Assembly (NCBI RefSeq): GCF_028368995.1
Contig: NZ_JAQNDL010000001.1
Coordinates: 3,936,001-4,000,000, forward strand
Length of the DNA: 64,000 nucleotides
Reading direction: 5' to 3'
Source: Nannocystis bainbridge
GTDB lineage: Bacteria; Myxococcota_A; Polyangia; Nannocystales; Nannocystaceae
This document shows positions 1-12,904 of the stretch, piece after piece. The notes beneath the pieces were generated by a model, which was given only the letters and a program-made list of their open reading frames with translations, did no database searches and was not told where the DNA came from. Both the position numbers and the translations under genes were made by a program. Within the stretch, counting starts at the first letter, position 1. Each line of letters opens with the position of its first letter.

Positions 1-287
1 CCGGTCGACGCCCCGACATCGAGGGCCACGCGCTCGCGGACATCGAGCGCCGCGAACTGGTCGAGCGCGCCGCGCAGCTTGAGCCCGCCGCGCGACACGA
101 ACGGGTGGTCGGCCACGCGCAGGCGGACCGCCGCGTCCTCCGGCACGAGCGCCCCGGGCTTGCTCTCGGTGTGGTCGCCGACGACGACCTTGCCGGCCAT
201 GATGAGCGCCTGGGCCCGCGAGCGGGAGTCACACAGGCCGCGGTCGACGACGAGCTTGTCGAGGCGGACGCGGGGAGGTTGCGGCAC
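1..287 (-). CDS. tlyA: TlyA family RNA methyltransferase, 5' part (runs off the window start)
   Basis: Manual minus-strand translation from GTG 287 gives ...RLDKLVVDRGLCDSRSRAQALIMAGKV...FVSRGGLKLRGAL...ALDVGASTG: S4 domain plus TlyA motifs. Not in the ORF track. Confidence 0.92.
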   Translation of the reverse strand, partial: MPQPPRVRLDKLVVDRGLCDSRSRAQALIMAGKVVVGDHTESKPGALVPEDAAVRLRVADHPFVSRGGLKLRGALDQFAALDVRERVALDVGAST

Positions 288-583
288 GGGGCCCTGTCGT
301 ATATCGCAAGCTGGTGGCGCGCACGCAGCACCTCGCCGTCGCGCCCGCGGGCCCCGAGGCGGCCCTGAACTGGTGGGTCTCTCCGCTGGACGGGCCCCAG
401 ATCGTCCTCCTCGTCCTCGTGGTCGGGTGCGGGTTGCTCGGGCTCGCCTGGCGCGGCCAGCACCGGCCGCCGCCCGCGTGATGTTTCCCCCATCGCCCGC
501 GGTGCCCGCGGCCTCCTCGCCGGTCGGGCGACGCTTGCGTCGCTGAAGCACTTGGGGTAGCTTCCCGGGCCTCCAAGTTCGCC

Positions 584-656
584 GGGGCAGTAGCTCAGCT
601 GGGAGAGCGGTGCGTTCGCAATGCACAGGTCAGGGGTTCGATCCCCCTCTGCTCCA
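584..656 (+). tRNA. tRNA-Ala (anticodon CGC), CCA not encoded
   Basis: Acceptor stem GGGGCAG/CTGCTCC with the G3:U70 Ala identity pair; D-arm AGCTCAGCTGGGAGAGC; anticodon arm GTGCG-TTCGCAA-TGCAC; T-loop GTTCGATCC. Confidence 0.96.
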
Positions 657-662
657 CTAGAA

Positions 663-702
663 TTCGAGCCCGAAGTCACCCGACTTCGGGCTCGAAGCTT
701 TT
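663..702 (+). terminator. Intrinsic terminator after the tRNA
   Basis: Perfect 15-bp stem TTCGAGCCCGAAGTC / GACTTCGGGCTCGAA, 4-nt loop, followed by GCTTTT. Confidence 0.85.
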
Positions 703-833
703 AACGGCCTCGATTTTCACGGCCGCCGACCACGACGCGCGGCTTTCGTCCGCGCGACGGCCGCGATCATGGCTTGAACCGGCTGCGCCGAGGTGCCAGG
801 ATCGGCGGACCTCACGCCCGCAGCCCTCGGTTC

Positions 834-1607
834 ATGTACAAGCTCTTCAAGCGCACCTTTTATCCGGGTCACTTCGAGGTGCAGATGGCGGGCGCCTGCG
901 ACACCGGCATGTCGCGCGAGCACAACGAAGACGCGATCTCGATCCAGGAGGACGACGGTCGCGGCTACTACCTCGCCGTCGTGTGCGACGGCATGGGTGG
1001 CCACAACGCCGGCGAGCTCGCCTCGGCCCTCGCGGTCGAGCGGATCACCGCCTACATCGACGGCAACTTCCGCAAGCAGGGCCCGCGCGAGCTGCTGTAC
1101 CACGCCTTTTTGCTGGCCAGCACCGCGATCACCGAGTTCAGCGCCAAGAGCCCCGACACCGAGGGCATGGGCTGCACCTGCGTGATGGTCATGGGCATCC
1201 GCGACAAGATGTGGGTCGCGCACTCGGGCGACAGTCGGGCCTACCTCGTCGACAAGAAGGCTGCCACGCCGATCACCCTCGATCACACGATGGTCCAGGA
1301 GCTCGTGAGCAAGGGCGTGATCACCAAGGAGCAGGCCGCCGTCCACCCCTATCGCGGACGGATCTCCCGCTGCCTCGGCCACGGCCGCTCGAAGGGCGTG
1401 CCTGACATCAACGCCGGCATCATCGAGACCGGGGACAACATCCTGCTGTGCTCCGACGGCCTCTCCGATGTCGTCCCCAACGAGGAGATGCACAGCATCA
1501 TCACCCAGCATCACCCGCAGGAGGCCACGCGTCGGCTGGTCAACGCCGCCAACCGTCACGGCGGCCCCGACAACATCAGCGCCGTGCTCCTGCGCCGCGT
1601 CTGCTGA
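834..1607 (+). CDS. PP2C-family Ser/Thr protein phosphatase
   Basis: Motifs REHNED, VCDGMGGH, AHSGDSRAY, LLCSDGLSD, GGPDNIS. Confidence 0.93.
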   Translation: MYKLFKRTFYPGHFEVQMAGACDTGMSREHNEDAISIQEDDGRGYYLAVVCDGMGGHNAGELASALAVERITAYIDGNFRKQGPRELLYHAFLLASTAITEFSAKSPDTEGMGCTCVMVMGIRDKMWVAHSGDSRAYLVDKKAATPITLDHTMVQELVSKGVITKEQAAVHPYRGRISRCLGHGRSKGVPDINAGIIETGDNILLCSDGLSDVVPNEEMHSIITQHHPQEATRRLVNAANRHGGPDNISAVLLRRVC

Positions 1608-1632
1608 GTCGCCCGCGCGGGGAGCAGCGATC

Positions 1633-2244
1633 ATGCGGGGGATGCGGCCGATGCGGTGGATGCGGTGGTCGCGGCTCGTGCTCGTGAGTCTGTGCGCCTG
1701 TCGGCCCGCCGCCCCGGCCGAGCCGCAGGCGCCCTCGGCGCCCGACCTCGCCGAGCCTGCCCCTGCCGAGCCCGCGCCTGCCGAGCCTGCGCCTGTCGAG
1801 CCCAGCGCGCCTGTCGAGCCGATCGCCTACCAGCTCGATGGCAACCGCCTCGTCTTGCCGCGGCCGCTCGACTTCGCCGCCACCGCCGACGTCCCGGGCC
1901 GCGGGAGCGAGATCGCGCTGGAGCACGTTCGCGGCTATTTGCGGGCCAAACCGTCGGTCACGCAGGTTCGCATCGAGGGTCACTTCAGCGGCCCTGACGC
2001 CCAGGCCATGTCGGAGCGGCGGGCGCTGGCGGTCGCGCGTGAGCTCGTGCGCATGGGCATCGACTGCCAGCGGCTCTATCCGGTCGGCTTCGGCGACACC
2101 AAGCCGCTCGTCGATGGTTCGACGCCCGAGGGCCGGGCGCAGAACAACCGGATCGAGGTCCACAACGTCGCCCTGCGCGGGCGCGTGATCGGTGGGATGC
2201 CCGCCGACGGCGGCGGCAGGCCGGCCGGCGATCCGTGCTCGTGA
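1633..2244 (+). CDS. OmpA-family peptidoglycan-binding (lipo)protein
   Basis: Cys-containing signal, Pro/Ala/Glu linker, then IEGH, SERRA, GFGDTKP, NNRIE. Start is uncertain among several ATGs. Confidence 0.85.
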   Translation: MRGMRPMRWMRWSRLVLVSLCACRPAAPAEPQAPSAPDLAEPAPAEPAPAEPAPVEPSAPVEPIAYQLDGNRLVLPRPLDFAATADVPGRGSEIALEHVRGYLRAKPSVTQVRIEGHFSGPDAQAMSERRALAVARELVRMGIDCQRLYPVGFGDTKPLVDGSTPEGRAQNNRIEVHNVALRGRVIGGMPADGGGRPAGDPCS

Positions 2245-2327
2245 GTCTTGTGTCACCGCCTCGCAGGCGGCCTTCGAGTCCGACTCGGCGCGTGGCCTTC
2301 CGTCCGACTTCTGCGGCGTGACGAGGT

Positions 2328-2356
2328 TTGCAATGGCCTCGCCGCCTTGCTACCAA
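2328..2356 (+). promoter_or_regulatory. Putative sigma70 promoter of metH
   Basis: TTGCAA(2328-33), 17-bp spacer, TACCAA(2351-56) preceded by TGn; ATG lies 10 nt downstream. Confidence 0.4.
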
Positions 2357-2366
2357 GCCCACACCC

Positions 2367-5975
<3,609 letters not shown>

Positions 5976-6447
5976 CGCCCCGGAGCGCGGCCCGCCGGGG
6001 CCGCGCCCGCGTCGCAGTCGCTGCAGTTGCAATCATCGGCAGCCGACGTTCGTTCTTGATAGCTCCGCGCGCATTGCGCATCCCGTCCCCTGCACGCCGA
6101 AACCGCGCGCCGCGGTCGCCAATTGGAGCAGCGAACGCGTGTGCAGGGCTGTGGCCGTCGCGCCGCGCTGCGCTCGAGCGGACGACGCGCGCGCTCGACC
6201 GCCGTTCACCTGGCGGCCGGCGCGAGCCGTTCCGCCGGACGGGTCATTGAAGACGATTCAACGCCGAGGCGAGCCGTAACACCGCCGAAATCCGCGGCCG
6301 TTGTCGGCGCGCACCCCTCATGTCACCGTTGCCGGCGCCCGTCAGTCGATCATGAAGATGGGTATGCAAGACCGGACCGATAGCCGACGGCGGCGGCCGC
6401 TAACGCCCCCACCGACCTTCTCCTGGTCCATCGCTCCCCGAGCGCCG

Positions 6448-6780
6448 ATGTCACTGCGGATGTTCACCGAGCACTGCGAACGCGACCTGGTCTCGACCTT
6501 CGTCGCCGACCTGCGCAGCCACCTCGTGGCCTACTATCGACAGTTCGGCGCCGACATCTCCTCGTCCGGCGGCAACAGCCTGCAGCAGGCCCAGGCCTCG
6601 GTGTCGCTCGACCTCGTCGTCGAGCTGGTCCACATCGAAGAGGACCCCTACTTCCACGACCTCGAGGAGTTCCGCGTCCTGCGTCACCCCGACATCGTGT
6701 TCCCCGGCTCCGACATCTCGTGGTTCGCCGCCTATCACCGCGACACCTGCCGGCTCAGCGAGATCTACGATTTTAATTGA
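6448..6780 (+). CDS. Hypothetical protein
   Basis: ORF with typical GC3-rich codons and ordinary amino-acid composition; start uncertain (6352/6448). Confidence 0.6.
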   Translation: MSLRMFTEHCERDLVSTFVADLRSHLVAYYRQFGADISSSGGNSLQQAQASVSLDLVVELVHIEEDPYFHDLEEFRVLRHPDIVFPGSDISWFAAYHRDTCRLSEIYDFN

Positions 6781-6792
6781 GGCCCGCGCCGC

Positions 6793-7641
6793 TCAGGTCG
6801 GATGAAAGCCCGCCGGCGGCCGCGAGCCGCGGACCCAGCCCTCACCGTCGTGCATGACCCACAGCGGGCGCTCGTCCGCGATGGGGCTCAGATGGGTGAT
6901 GGTCCCCTCCTCCTCGCCGAGCCACAGGTGAAGCATGCAGGCCGGCGGCTCCATCACGAACGCGAGCCGGTCGGCCGGCGGCAAGTCGAGCGCGACCTGG
7001 TGCGCGGTCGATGGGCAGGTGCAGGCCACGGTGCCCGCGAATCGCCGCACGATCGGCCGGTGGAGGTGCCCGCACAGGACGCGCTCGACCTGCGGGTGGC
7101 GCCGGAGCACGGCCGCCAGCGCGTCGCTGCCCGCGAGCCCGAAGGCGTCCAGCACCGCGACCCCGCTCGAGAACGGCGGGTGGTGCATGGCGATCACCGT
7201 CGGCCGCGCCGGCGCCTCCGCGAGGCGATCCGCGAGCCAGGCGAGCTGCCCATCACAGAGCCGACCGCCGGGCTGCCCCGGGACCAGCGTATCGAGCGCG
7301 ACGAGCCGCACCGGCCAATCGTCGACGACATAGTTTAAATAAGGGCCCTCGCGCTGAAGATAGGCGTGATCGGCGAATGCGCGGCGGAGGTTGTGCCGAT
7401 CGTCGTGGTTGCCGGGCAGCAAGAACACGGGCATGCGCAGCGGCGCCAGCAGCTCGCGCAGGTGCTCGTATTCGCCGACCTCGCCGTGGTCGACCAGATC
7501 GCCGGTGATCACCACCAGGTCCGGACGCCGCTCGCGGCGGTTCAGGTGCGCGACGGCGCGGGCCAGGTGCCAGGACGTGCGCAGGAGATCATCGCGCCCC
7601 GGCGCCCCGATGTGCGTATCGCTGATCTGCGCGATGAGCAT
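6793..7641 (-). CDS. Metallophosphoesterase, CpdA/GpdQ-like phosphodiesterase
   Basis: IAQISDTH, TGDLVD, PGNHD, MHHPP, GHLH motifs (C-terminal part of the long 6793..10884 ORF). Confidence 0.9.
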   Translation of the reverse strand: MLIAQISDTHIGAPGRDDLLRTSWHLARAVAHLNRRERRPDLVVITGDLVDHGEVGEYEHLRELLAPLRMPVFLLPGNHDDRHNLRRAFADHAYLQREGPYLNYVVDDWPVRLVALDTLVPGQPGGRLCDGQLAWLADRLAEAPARPTVIAMHHPPFSSGVAVLDAFGLAGSDALAAVLRRHPQVERVLCGHLHRPIVRRFAGTVACTCPSTAHQVALDLPPADRLAFVMEPPACMLHLWLGEEEGTITHLSPIADERPLWVMHDGEGWVRGSRPPAGFHPT

Positions 7642-7661
7642 GGTGTCCCCTCGACCTGCGA

Positions 7662-8702
7662 TCACCGCATCAGCGTCATCTCGCTGCCGGGCAGCGCCAC
7701 GCCCTCGCGGAACCCGAGCCCGTGATAGAACGACTGCGCGTCGCGGGTGCGCAGGAGGACGCGCCGACAGCCGCGGACCCGCGGGTGATCGAGCAACATC
7801 TTTGTAAGAGCCTTGCCGAGCCCGCGGCCGCGCCACGACTCCGCCACCGCGATGTCGAGCAAGAAGGCGCAGCGGGCCCCGTCGGCGATCGCTCGCCCGG
7901 TGGCGACGAGCGCCCCCGCCTGGTCGCGCGCGCCCACCCACGCCGACGACGAGAGCTGCGCGCGCACGATCCTGTCCTTCGGGACATCCACGTTCCAGTA
8001 TTGCCCCCCGAGCAGCAGGGCCACCTCCGCGACGTCGGCCGGCCCGAGCGCGCAGTGGAGCCGCGCCCCCGCGGGCGCCTGCAGGAACTCGGGCGTCGCC
8101 ACGTTCGGGTTGGCTGCCCGCACCAAATCGATCGCCCGCGGATCCCCAGCCTCGCCGCGCGCCCACAGGAATCGCAGCACCTTGCCCAGGTCGTCGGCGC
8201 TGCGGTTCTGGCCCAGCTTGGCCTTGCCGTCGACCTGCGTCAGCGGCAGGCCGACCACCGCGATCCCCCGCACCGGCCCGCGGTAGCGCGGATCGTCGGC
8301 GGTGATCGGCGCATGGCCGCCCTCCGGCTGATGCTTCTCCATCAACGCTTGCAGCACCCGGGCCTTGAGCGCCGGGTCCTCCACGCCCACCAGCGTCCCG
8401 TGCACCTGGGCGCTGCGGTAATACGTGGTCGCCGGGCAGGCCCGCTCCGGGTCGAACACGTGGCTCGGGATCGTCGCCACCAGCTCGTCCGCGGCGATCA
8501 CCGCCGCGCGCCCCACCGCCTCCGACTTCTCGCCGACGGGCGCCGCGTGGAAGTACAGCCAATCGTCGACCACCACCGCGTGCAGCGTGCGCAGCACCGG
8601 CTGCCCCTGCTCGCCGATCCCCGCCAGGCGCACCACCGGCGCCGCCGCCAGCAGCGCGACCGCCTCCTCGCGCGCCATCCCGAAGAACTCCTGCTTGCGC
8701 AT
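7662..8702 (-). CDS. Pyridoxamine-phosphate-oxidase-like FMN-binding domain fused to a GNAT acetyltransferase
   Basis: N-terminal split barrel (LYFH...ATTYYRSAQVHG...GKAKLGQN); C-terminal DIAVAESWRGRGLGKAL...FYHGLGF. Confidence 0.8.
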   Translation of the reverse strand: MRKQEFFGMAREEAVALLAAAPVVRLAGIGEQGQPVLRTLHAVVVDDWLYFHAAPVGEKSEAVGRAAVIAADELVATIPSHVFDPERACPATTYYRSAQVHGTLVGVEDPALKARVLQALMEKHQPEGGHAPITADDPRYRGPVRGIAVVGLPLTQVDGKAKLGQNRSADDLGKVLRFLWARGEAGDPRAIDLVRAANPNVATPEFLQAPAGARLHCALGPADVAEVALLLGGQYWNVDVPKDRIVRAQLSSSAWVGARDQAGALVATGRAIADGARCAFLLDIAVAESWRGRGLGKALTKMLLDHPRVRGCRRVLLRTRDAQSFYHGLGFREGVALPGSEMTLMR

Positions 8703-8721
8703 GCTTCGAGGATGGCCGCAC

Positions 8722-8770
8722 ACTGGTCCATGAAAAAGGTCCAGTTCTTCCATGTCGAGCAGACCAGTTC
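8722..8770. promoter_or_regulatory. Putative MocR/GabR-type operator between divergent genes
   Basis: Direct repeats CCAGTTC at 8741 and 8764, plus inverted ACTGGTC(8722)/GACCAGT(8762): the two-direct-plus-one-inverted layout known for GabR-family operators. Confidence 0.5.
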
Positions 8771-10233
8771 GCCCGTGGCAGATCGCCGTCGACCTCGACC
8801 CCGCCGGCGATCTGCCGCTGTTCGTGCAGATCGCCCACGCCGTCTCGGCCGACATCCGGCGCGGCCGCCTGCGCCCCGGTGACCCGCTGCCCGGCAGCCG
8901 GCGCCTCGCCGACGACCTCGGCGTCCACCGCAACACCGTGCTCGCCGCCTTCCGCGAGCTCGAGTCCGAGGGGTGGATCGACAGCGCCCGCGCCCGCGGC
9001 ACCTTCGTCTCGCCCACCCTCCCCGAGCCCACCCCGCGGCGCGCCGGCCAGGCCCTGCGCACCGGCGTCCCTGCCCGGCCGGCGTTCGACCTCGCGCCCG
9101 GCCCCGACGGCTACTTCCCCATCCCGCGCACGCCCGGCCTGCTCGTCTTGCCCGGCGGCGTGCCCGACCTGCACCTCGTGCCCGCCGCCAGCCTCGCCCG
9201 CGCCTATCGCCGCGCCCTCGCCCGCCCCGACTTGCTCGGCTATGGCGACCCGCGCGGCCTCGTCGACCTGCGCCGCGCCCTCGCCGACATGCTCGCCGCC
9301 ACCCGCGGCCTGGCCTGCGGCGAAGACGACCTGATCGTCACGCGCGGCAGCCAGATGGCCCTCTCGCTGGTGGCCCGCGCCCTGCTGCGCCCCGGTGACG
9401 TCGTCGCCGTCGAGGACCCCGGCTATCGCCCCGCGTGGGAGGCCCTGCGCCTCGCCGGAGCGCGCCTCGTACCGATCGCCACCGACGCCAGCGGCCTCGA
9501 CGTCGACGCCCTCGCCGCCCTGCTCGAGCGCGAACCAGTGCGCGCCGTCTACACCACCCCGCACCATCAATATCCGACCACCGTCACCCTCGCCGCCGGT
9601 CGCCGCTTGCAGCTGTTGGCGCTCGCCCGCGCCCACCGCATGGCGATCCTCGAGGACGACTACGACCACGAATTCCACTACGAGGGCCGCCCCGTGCTCC
9701 CGCTCGCCAGCGGCGACGCGGCCGGCTCCGTCGTCTACGTCGGCACCCTCTCGAAGGTCCTCGCGCCGGGTCTGCGGATCGGCTACTGCGTCGCCCCGCA
9801 GCCGTTGCTCGAGCGCGTCGTCGCCGTCCGCTCCTTCACCGATCTCAACGGCGATCGCACCCTCGAGGCCGCCGTCGCCGAGCTGCTGACGAGCGGCGAG
9901 GTCGGTCGTCACATTCGCCGCGCCCGTCGCACCTACCTGGCCCGCCGCGACGCCCTGCTCGCCGCCCTCGCCACGCGCCTCGCCGGGGTCCTGCGGATCG
10001 CCCCGCCGAGCGGCGGCATGGCCCTGTGGGCCCGCACCCACGGCGTCGACCCTTCCGCGTGGGCCCGCGCCGCCCAGGCCCGCGGCGTCGCTTTTCAGGT
10101 CGGCAAGCAGTTCAGCTTCGAGTCGCGCCCGCTCCCGTACGTGCGCCTCGGCTTCGCCGGCCTCGACGAACGCGGCCTCACCGAAGCCGTGCGCCGCATG
10201 ACCCTCGCGCTGGCCGACCTGCGCAAGTCGTGA
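8752..10233 (+). CDS. MocR/GabR family PLP-dependent GntR regulator
   Basis: wHTH (LPGSRRLADDLGVHRNTV) plus aminotransferase domain (EDDYDHEF, GTLSKVLAPGLRIGY). Confidence 0.94.
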   Translation: MSSRPVRPWQIAVDLDPAGDLPLFVQIAHAVSADIRRGRLRPGDPLPGSRRLADDLGVHRNTVLAAFRELESEGWIDSARARGTFVSPTLPEPTPRRAGQALRTGVPARPAFDLAPGPDGYFPIPRTPGLLVLPGGVPDLHLVPAASLARAYRRALARPDLLGYGDPRGLVDLRRALADMLAATRGLACGEDDLIVTRGSQMALSLVARALLRPGDVVAVEDPGYRPAWEALRLAGARLVPIATDASGLDVDALAALLEREPVRAVYTTPHHQYPTTVTLAAGRRLQLLALARAHRMAILEDDYDHEFHYEGRPVLPLASGDAAGSVVYVGTLSKVLAPGLRIGYCVAPQPLLERVVAVRSFTDLNGDRTLEAAVAELLTSGEVGRHIRRARRTYLARRDALLAALATRLAGVLRIAPPSGGMALWARTHGVDPSAWARAAQARGVAFQVGKQFSFESRPLPYVRLGFAGLDERGLTEAVRRMTLALADLRKS

Positions 10234-10344
10234 CGCTCGCGGACGCTCGAACGGTTCGTGAACGGCCCACGGCGGTCTTGCGAGCGCGATCGAGGTAAAG
10301 CCCGCCGCGAGCCCGCGCCGTCGCGCTATCCTCGACGCGCCGCC

Positions 10345-11049
10345 ATGACTCGCCTCCTGCTCGTCAGCAACTCCACGCTCCACGGCTCCGGCTACCTCGA
10401 TCACTGCGCCGAGCAGATCGGGCAGTTCCTCGGCCGCGGCGTCACGCGCGTCCTGTTCATCCCGTTCGCGCTGCACGACCGCGACGCCTACGCCGCCCAG
10501 GCGCGGGCCCGCTTCGCCGAGTTCGGCTACCAGCTCGACAGCCTGCACGAGGCCGCCGACCCACGCGCCGCCGTGCAGACCGCCCAGGCCGTGTTCACCG
10601 GCGGCGGCAACACCTTCCGGCTGCTGCGCCAGCTCTATGCGCTCGACGTGCTCGCGCCCCTGCGCGAACGTGTCCTTTCGGACATGCCGTACATCGGCTC
10701 CTCGGCCGGCTCGAACATCGCCGGCCTGACGATCGGCACCACCAACGACATGCCGATCGTCGAACCGCCGAGCTTCCGCGCCCTCGCCCTCGTGCCGTTC
10801 AACCTCAACCCGCACTACCTCGATCCGGAACCCGGGTCGACGCACATGGGCGAGACCCGCGAGAAGCGGATCGAGCAGTTCCACGAGGAGAACCCGCAGC
10901 CGGTGGTGGGCCTGCGCGAGGGCTCGCTGCTGCGGCGCGAGGGTCCGCGGCTCAGCCTGCTCGGCGTCACCGGCGCCCGGATCTTCCGCCGCGATCAGAA
11001 GCCCACGGAGGTGCCACCAGGCGCCGACCTGAGCGATCTGCTCGCCTGA
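10345..11049 (+). CDS. pepE: Dipeptidase E (peptidase S51)
   Basis: GGGNTF, GSSAG, TTNDMPI, NPHY, HMGETRE. Confidence 0.94.
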   Translation: MTRLLLVSNSTLHGSGYLDHCAEQIGQFLGRGVTRVLFIPFALHDRDAYAAQARARFAEFGYQLDSLHEAADPRAAVQTAQAVFTGGGNTFRLLRQLYALDVLAPLRERVLSDMPYIGSSAGSNIAGLTIGTTNDMPIVEPPSFRALALVPFNLNPHYLDPEPGSTHMGETREKRIEQFHEENPQPVVGLREGSLLRREGPRLSLLGVTGARIFRRDQKPTEVPPGADLSDLLA

Positions 11050-11077
11050 CCGGCGCGACCTCTTTAAAAATTTCGCG

Positions 11078-11662
11078 ATGTCCGCCGTGCACTACCGCGT
11101 CGAGTTCGCCGGACCACGCTTCGTCACCGTCGAGCGCCTCGGCGACGCCCCCCGCTGGTCGCTGCGCATCGACGCCACCGAGGGCCTGGAGTCGCTGCAC
11201 CCGCGCGGGATCGTCCGGGCGCTCGGCGACGACCTCGTGCTGCTCTTCACCGAGGGCGAGCACACCCGCACCGGCGCCGCCCATCACCACAAGATCCACC
11301 GCCTCACCCGCGACGGTCGCCTGTTGTGGTCCCTGTGCGCCCGCCCGGTCGGCGACCCCGTCCTGCACGGCGGCTACCTGCTGATCCCCGCCGCCCCGGT
11401 CGCCCCGCGCACGTCCGGCGACGACCCCCCCGCGCTGCAGCTCCAGCTGCGCGACCCCGAGACCGGGGCCCTCCTCGCCAGCTTTCCGATCCAGCCGCCC
11501 TCGGTCCTGCGCAGCGCCTACCGCCACGCCGCCCGGGCCCTCGGCGCCCACCTCAGCCCCGCTCCTCACGGCGTGCACGTGGCAGTGACCGCCTGGTTCA
11601 CCGGCCCGCTCGCCCCACCCCGCGGCGCGGGCGCCTTCGACGTGCTGCTGGCGCTCGATTGA
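11078..11662 (+). CDS. Hypothetical protein
   Basis: GC3-biased ORF with an AT-rich upstream element; no family recognised. Confidence 0.6.
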   Translation: MSAVHYRVEFAGPRFVTVERLGDAPRWSLRIDATEGLESLHPRGIVRALGDDLVLLFTEGEHTRTGAAHHHKIHRLTRDGRLLWSLCARPVGDPVLHGGYLLIPAAPVAPRTSGDDPPALQLQLRDPETGALLASFPIQPPSVLRSAYRHAARALGAHLSPAPHGVHVAVTAWFTGPLAPPRGAGAFDVLLALD

Positions 11663-11664
11663 TA

Positions 11665-11720
11665 TGTTTTCAAGGACATGCCCCATGAGACATGTGCAAA
11701 AAATCATGTCCATGCATACC
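11665..11720. repeat. 14-bp-period TG-N10-CA array A (4 units)
   Basis: tgttttcaaggaca|tgccccatgagaca|tgtgcaaaaaatca|tgtccatgcatacc, starting 3 nt after the 11662 stop. Confidence 0.85.
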
Positions 11721-11874
11721 GCCGCTCATGGACGCCCACGCGCGCAGCACCCCGCCGCTCGAAGAACACGGTTACAAACCACAACCTCGCGACCGTGACG
11801 CCGACAGCCCGGTCGTGAGCGCGACAGCCCTGTCGCGGTTGACCGCCCTGCTGGCCGATTGCTAACACCGGGGC

Positions 11875-12567
11875 ATGGCTTCGCTCGGCTCGCGCATCTC
11901 GGTTCTCCTTCTCGCGCTGCTCGGATTCACGGCCCCTGCCGCGGCGTCGATCCCCGTCACCACCGGCGAGTCCGACAGCGACACCTTCCCGGAGACCAGC
12001 GGTGAGCCGCCGCAGCTCATCACCATCGTCCAGCCCACCTCGGGCGACGTGTTCAGCGGCACGCCGGACGCCACCATTCAGTTGATCATCGAGTTCGAGA
12101 CCCTCGACGGCGCCGACATCAAGCTCGACGCGCGCGCCCGCGAGGGCGGCGACGGCCCGTGGACCACCGTGCGCGAGGACGCCTGCCCGGCCGGGCCCTC
12201 GCCCTGCATGCTCGAGATCTCCCTGCCCCCGGCCCTGTACATGCTGTACGCCATCGGCGAGGGCCCCGGCGGCGCCAGCGAGATCGACGTCATCTCCGTC
12301 GAGGTCGTCGAGGCCGCCGCCACCGACACTGACACCACCGACGGCGCGACCGGAGAGACCGAAGCCGCGCCGACCGGCTCCTCGACCGACGACCCCACTG
12401 GCGCCGACTCGACCGGCAGCACCACCGGCGACGGCGCTTCCGCGTCCGGCGGCGACTCGGCCGACGGTGAAAAGGGCTGCGCCTGCAACAGCGGCACGGG
12501 CGGGCCCGACCTGCTCGGCCTCACCCTCGCCCTCCTCTTCATCCCCCGCCTCCGCCGCCGCCGCTGA
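11875..12567 (+). CDS. Secreted protein with MYXO-CTERM-like anchor
   Basis: Signal peptide, Ig-like beta region, Thr/Asp/Gly linker, tail GCACNS...LLGLTLALLFIPRLRRRR. Confidence 0.8.
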   Translation: MASLGSRISVLLLALLGFTAPAAASIPVTTGESDSDTFPETSGEPPQLITIVQPTSGDVFSGTPDATIQLIIEFETLDGADIKLDARAREGGDGPWTTVREDACPAGPSPCMLEISLPPALYMLYAIGEGPGGASEIDVISVEVVEAAATDTDTTDGATGETEAAPTGSSTDDPTGADSTGSTTGDGASASGGDSADGEKGCACNSGTGGPDLLGLTLALLFIPRLRRRR

Positions 12568-12762
12568 GCACCGAGACCGGCCGGCTCCCGCCGCTCGGCT
12601 CGAGCCCGCCCGAGACCGCCCGAGCTCCCGCTGAGCTCGAGCGCCCGAGACCGACCGGGCTCCCGCCGCTGGGCTCGAGCGCCCGAGACCGCCCGAGCTC
12701 CCGCTGAGCTCGAGCGCCCGAGACCGACCAACCTCCCGCCGCTGAGCGCGAGCCCGCCGACC
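12565..12762. repeat. GC-rich intergenic tandem repeat with alternating 35/38-39 bp units
   Basis: CCGAGACC recurs at 12571, 12610, 12645, 12683 and 12718, each followed by ...CTCCCG..GCT.(G/A)GCTCGAGC. Confidence 0.85.
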
Positions 12763-12834
12763 TTGCCGGAAGTCCCGCGCTCTCTCATCGTCCAGAGCCG
12801 CGCTTCAGAGACGCCGCGGCCGCACGCAAGGACA

Positions 12835-12904
12835 TGTCCCATGCAACATGTCCAATCGACAATGTCTCTCAAAACATGCCCGATCGGGCATGCCCGATCA
12901 GTCC
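12835..12904. repeat. 14-bp-period TG-N10-CA array B (4 full units plus partial units)
   Basis: ...ggaca|tgtcccatgcaaca|tgtccaatcgacaa|tgtctctcaaaaca|tgcccgatcgggca|tgcccgatca; abuts the stop of 12898..13389. Confidence 0.88.

Noticed and set aside
584-720. tRNA as an integration site for an island or prophage
   Set aside because: No integrase, no duplicated tRNA 3' end seen in the window, and no GC shift downstream.
2245-2366. Cobalamin or SAM riboswitch upstream of metH
   Set aside because: The gap is short, no B12-box or SAM-I core is recognisable, and the likely promoter sits directly before the ATG.
12831-12896. Junction decamers GGACATGTCC / RRRCATGYYY match the p53 half-site
   Set aside because: Isolated copies have the TGTCC-N4-GGACA arrangement, often with CC/GG flanks, so the decamer is a by-product of tiling. 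There is no evidence for a p53-like factor.
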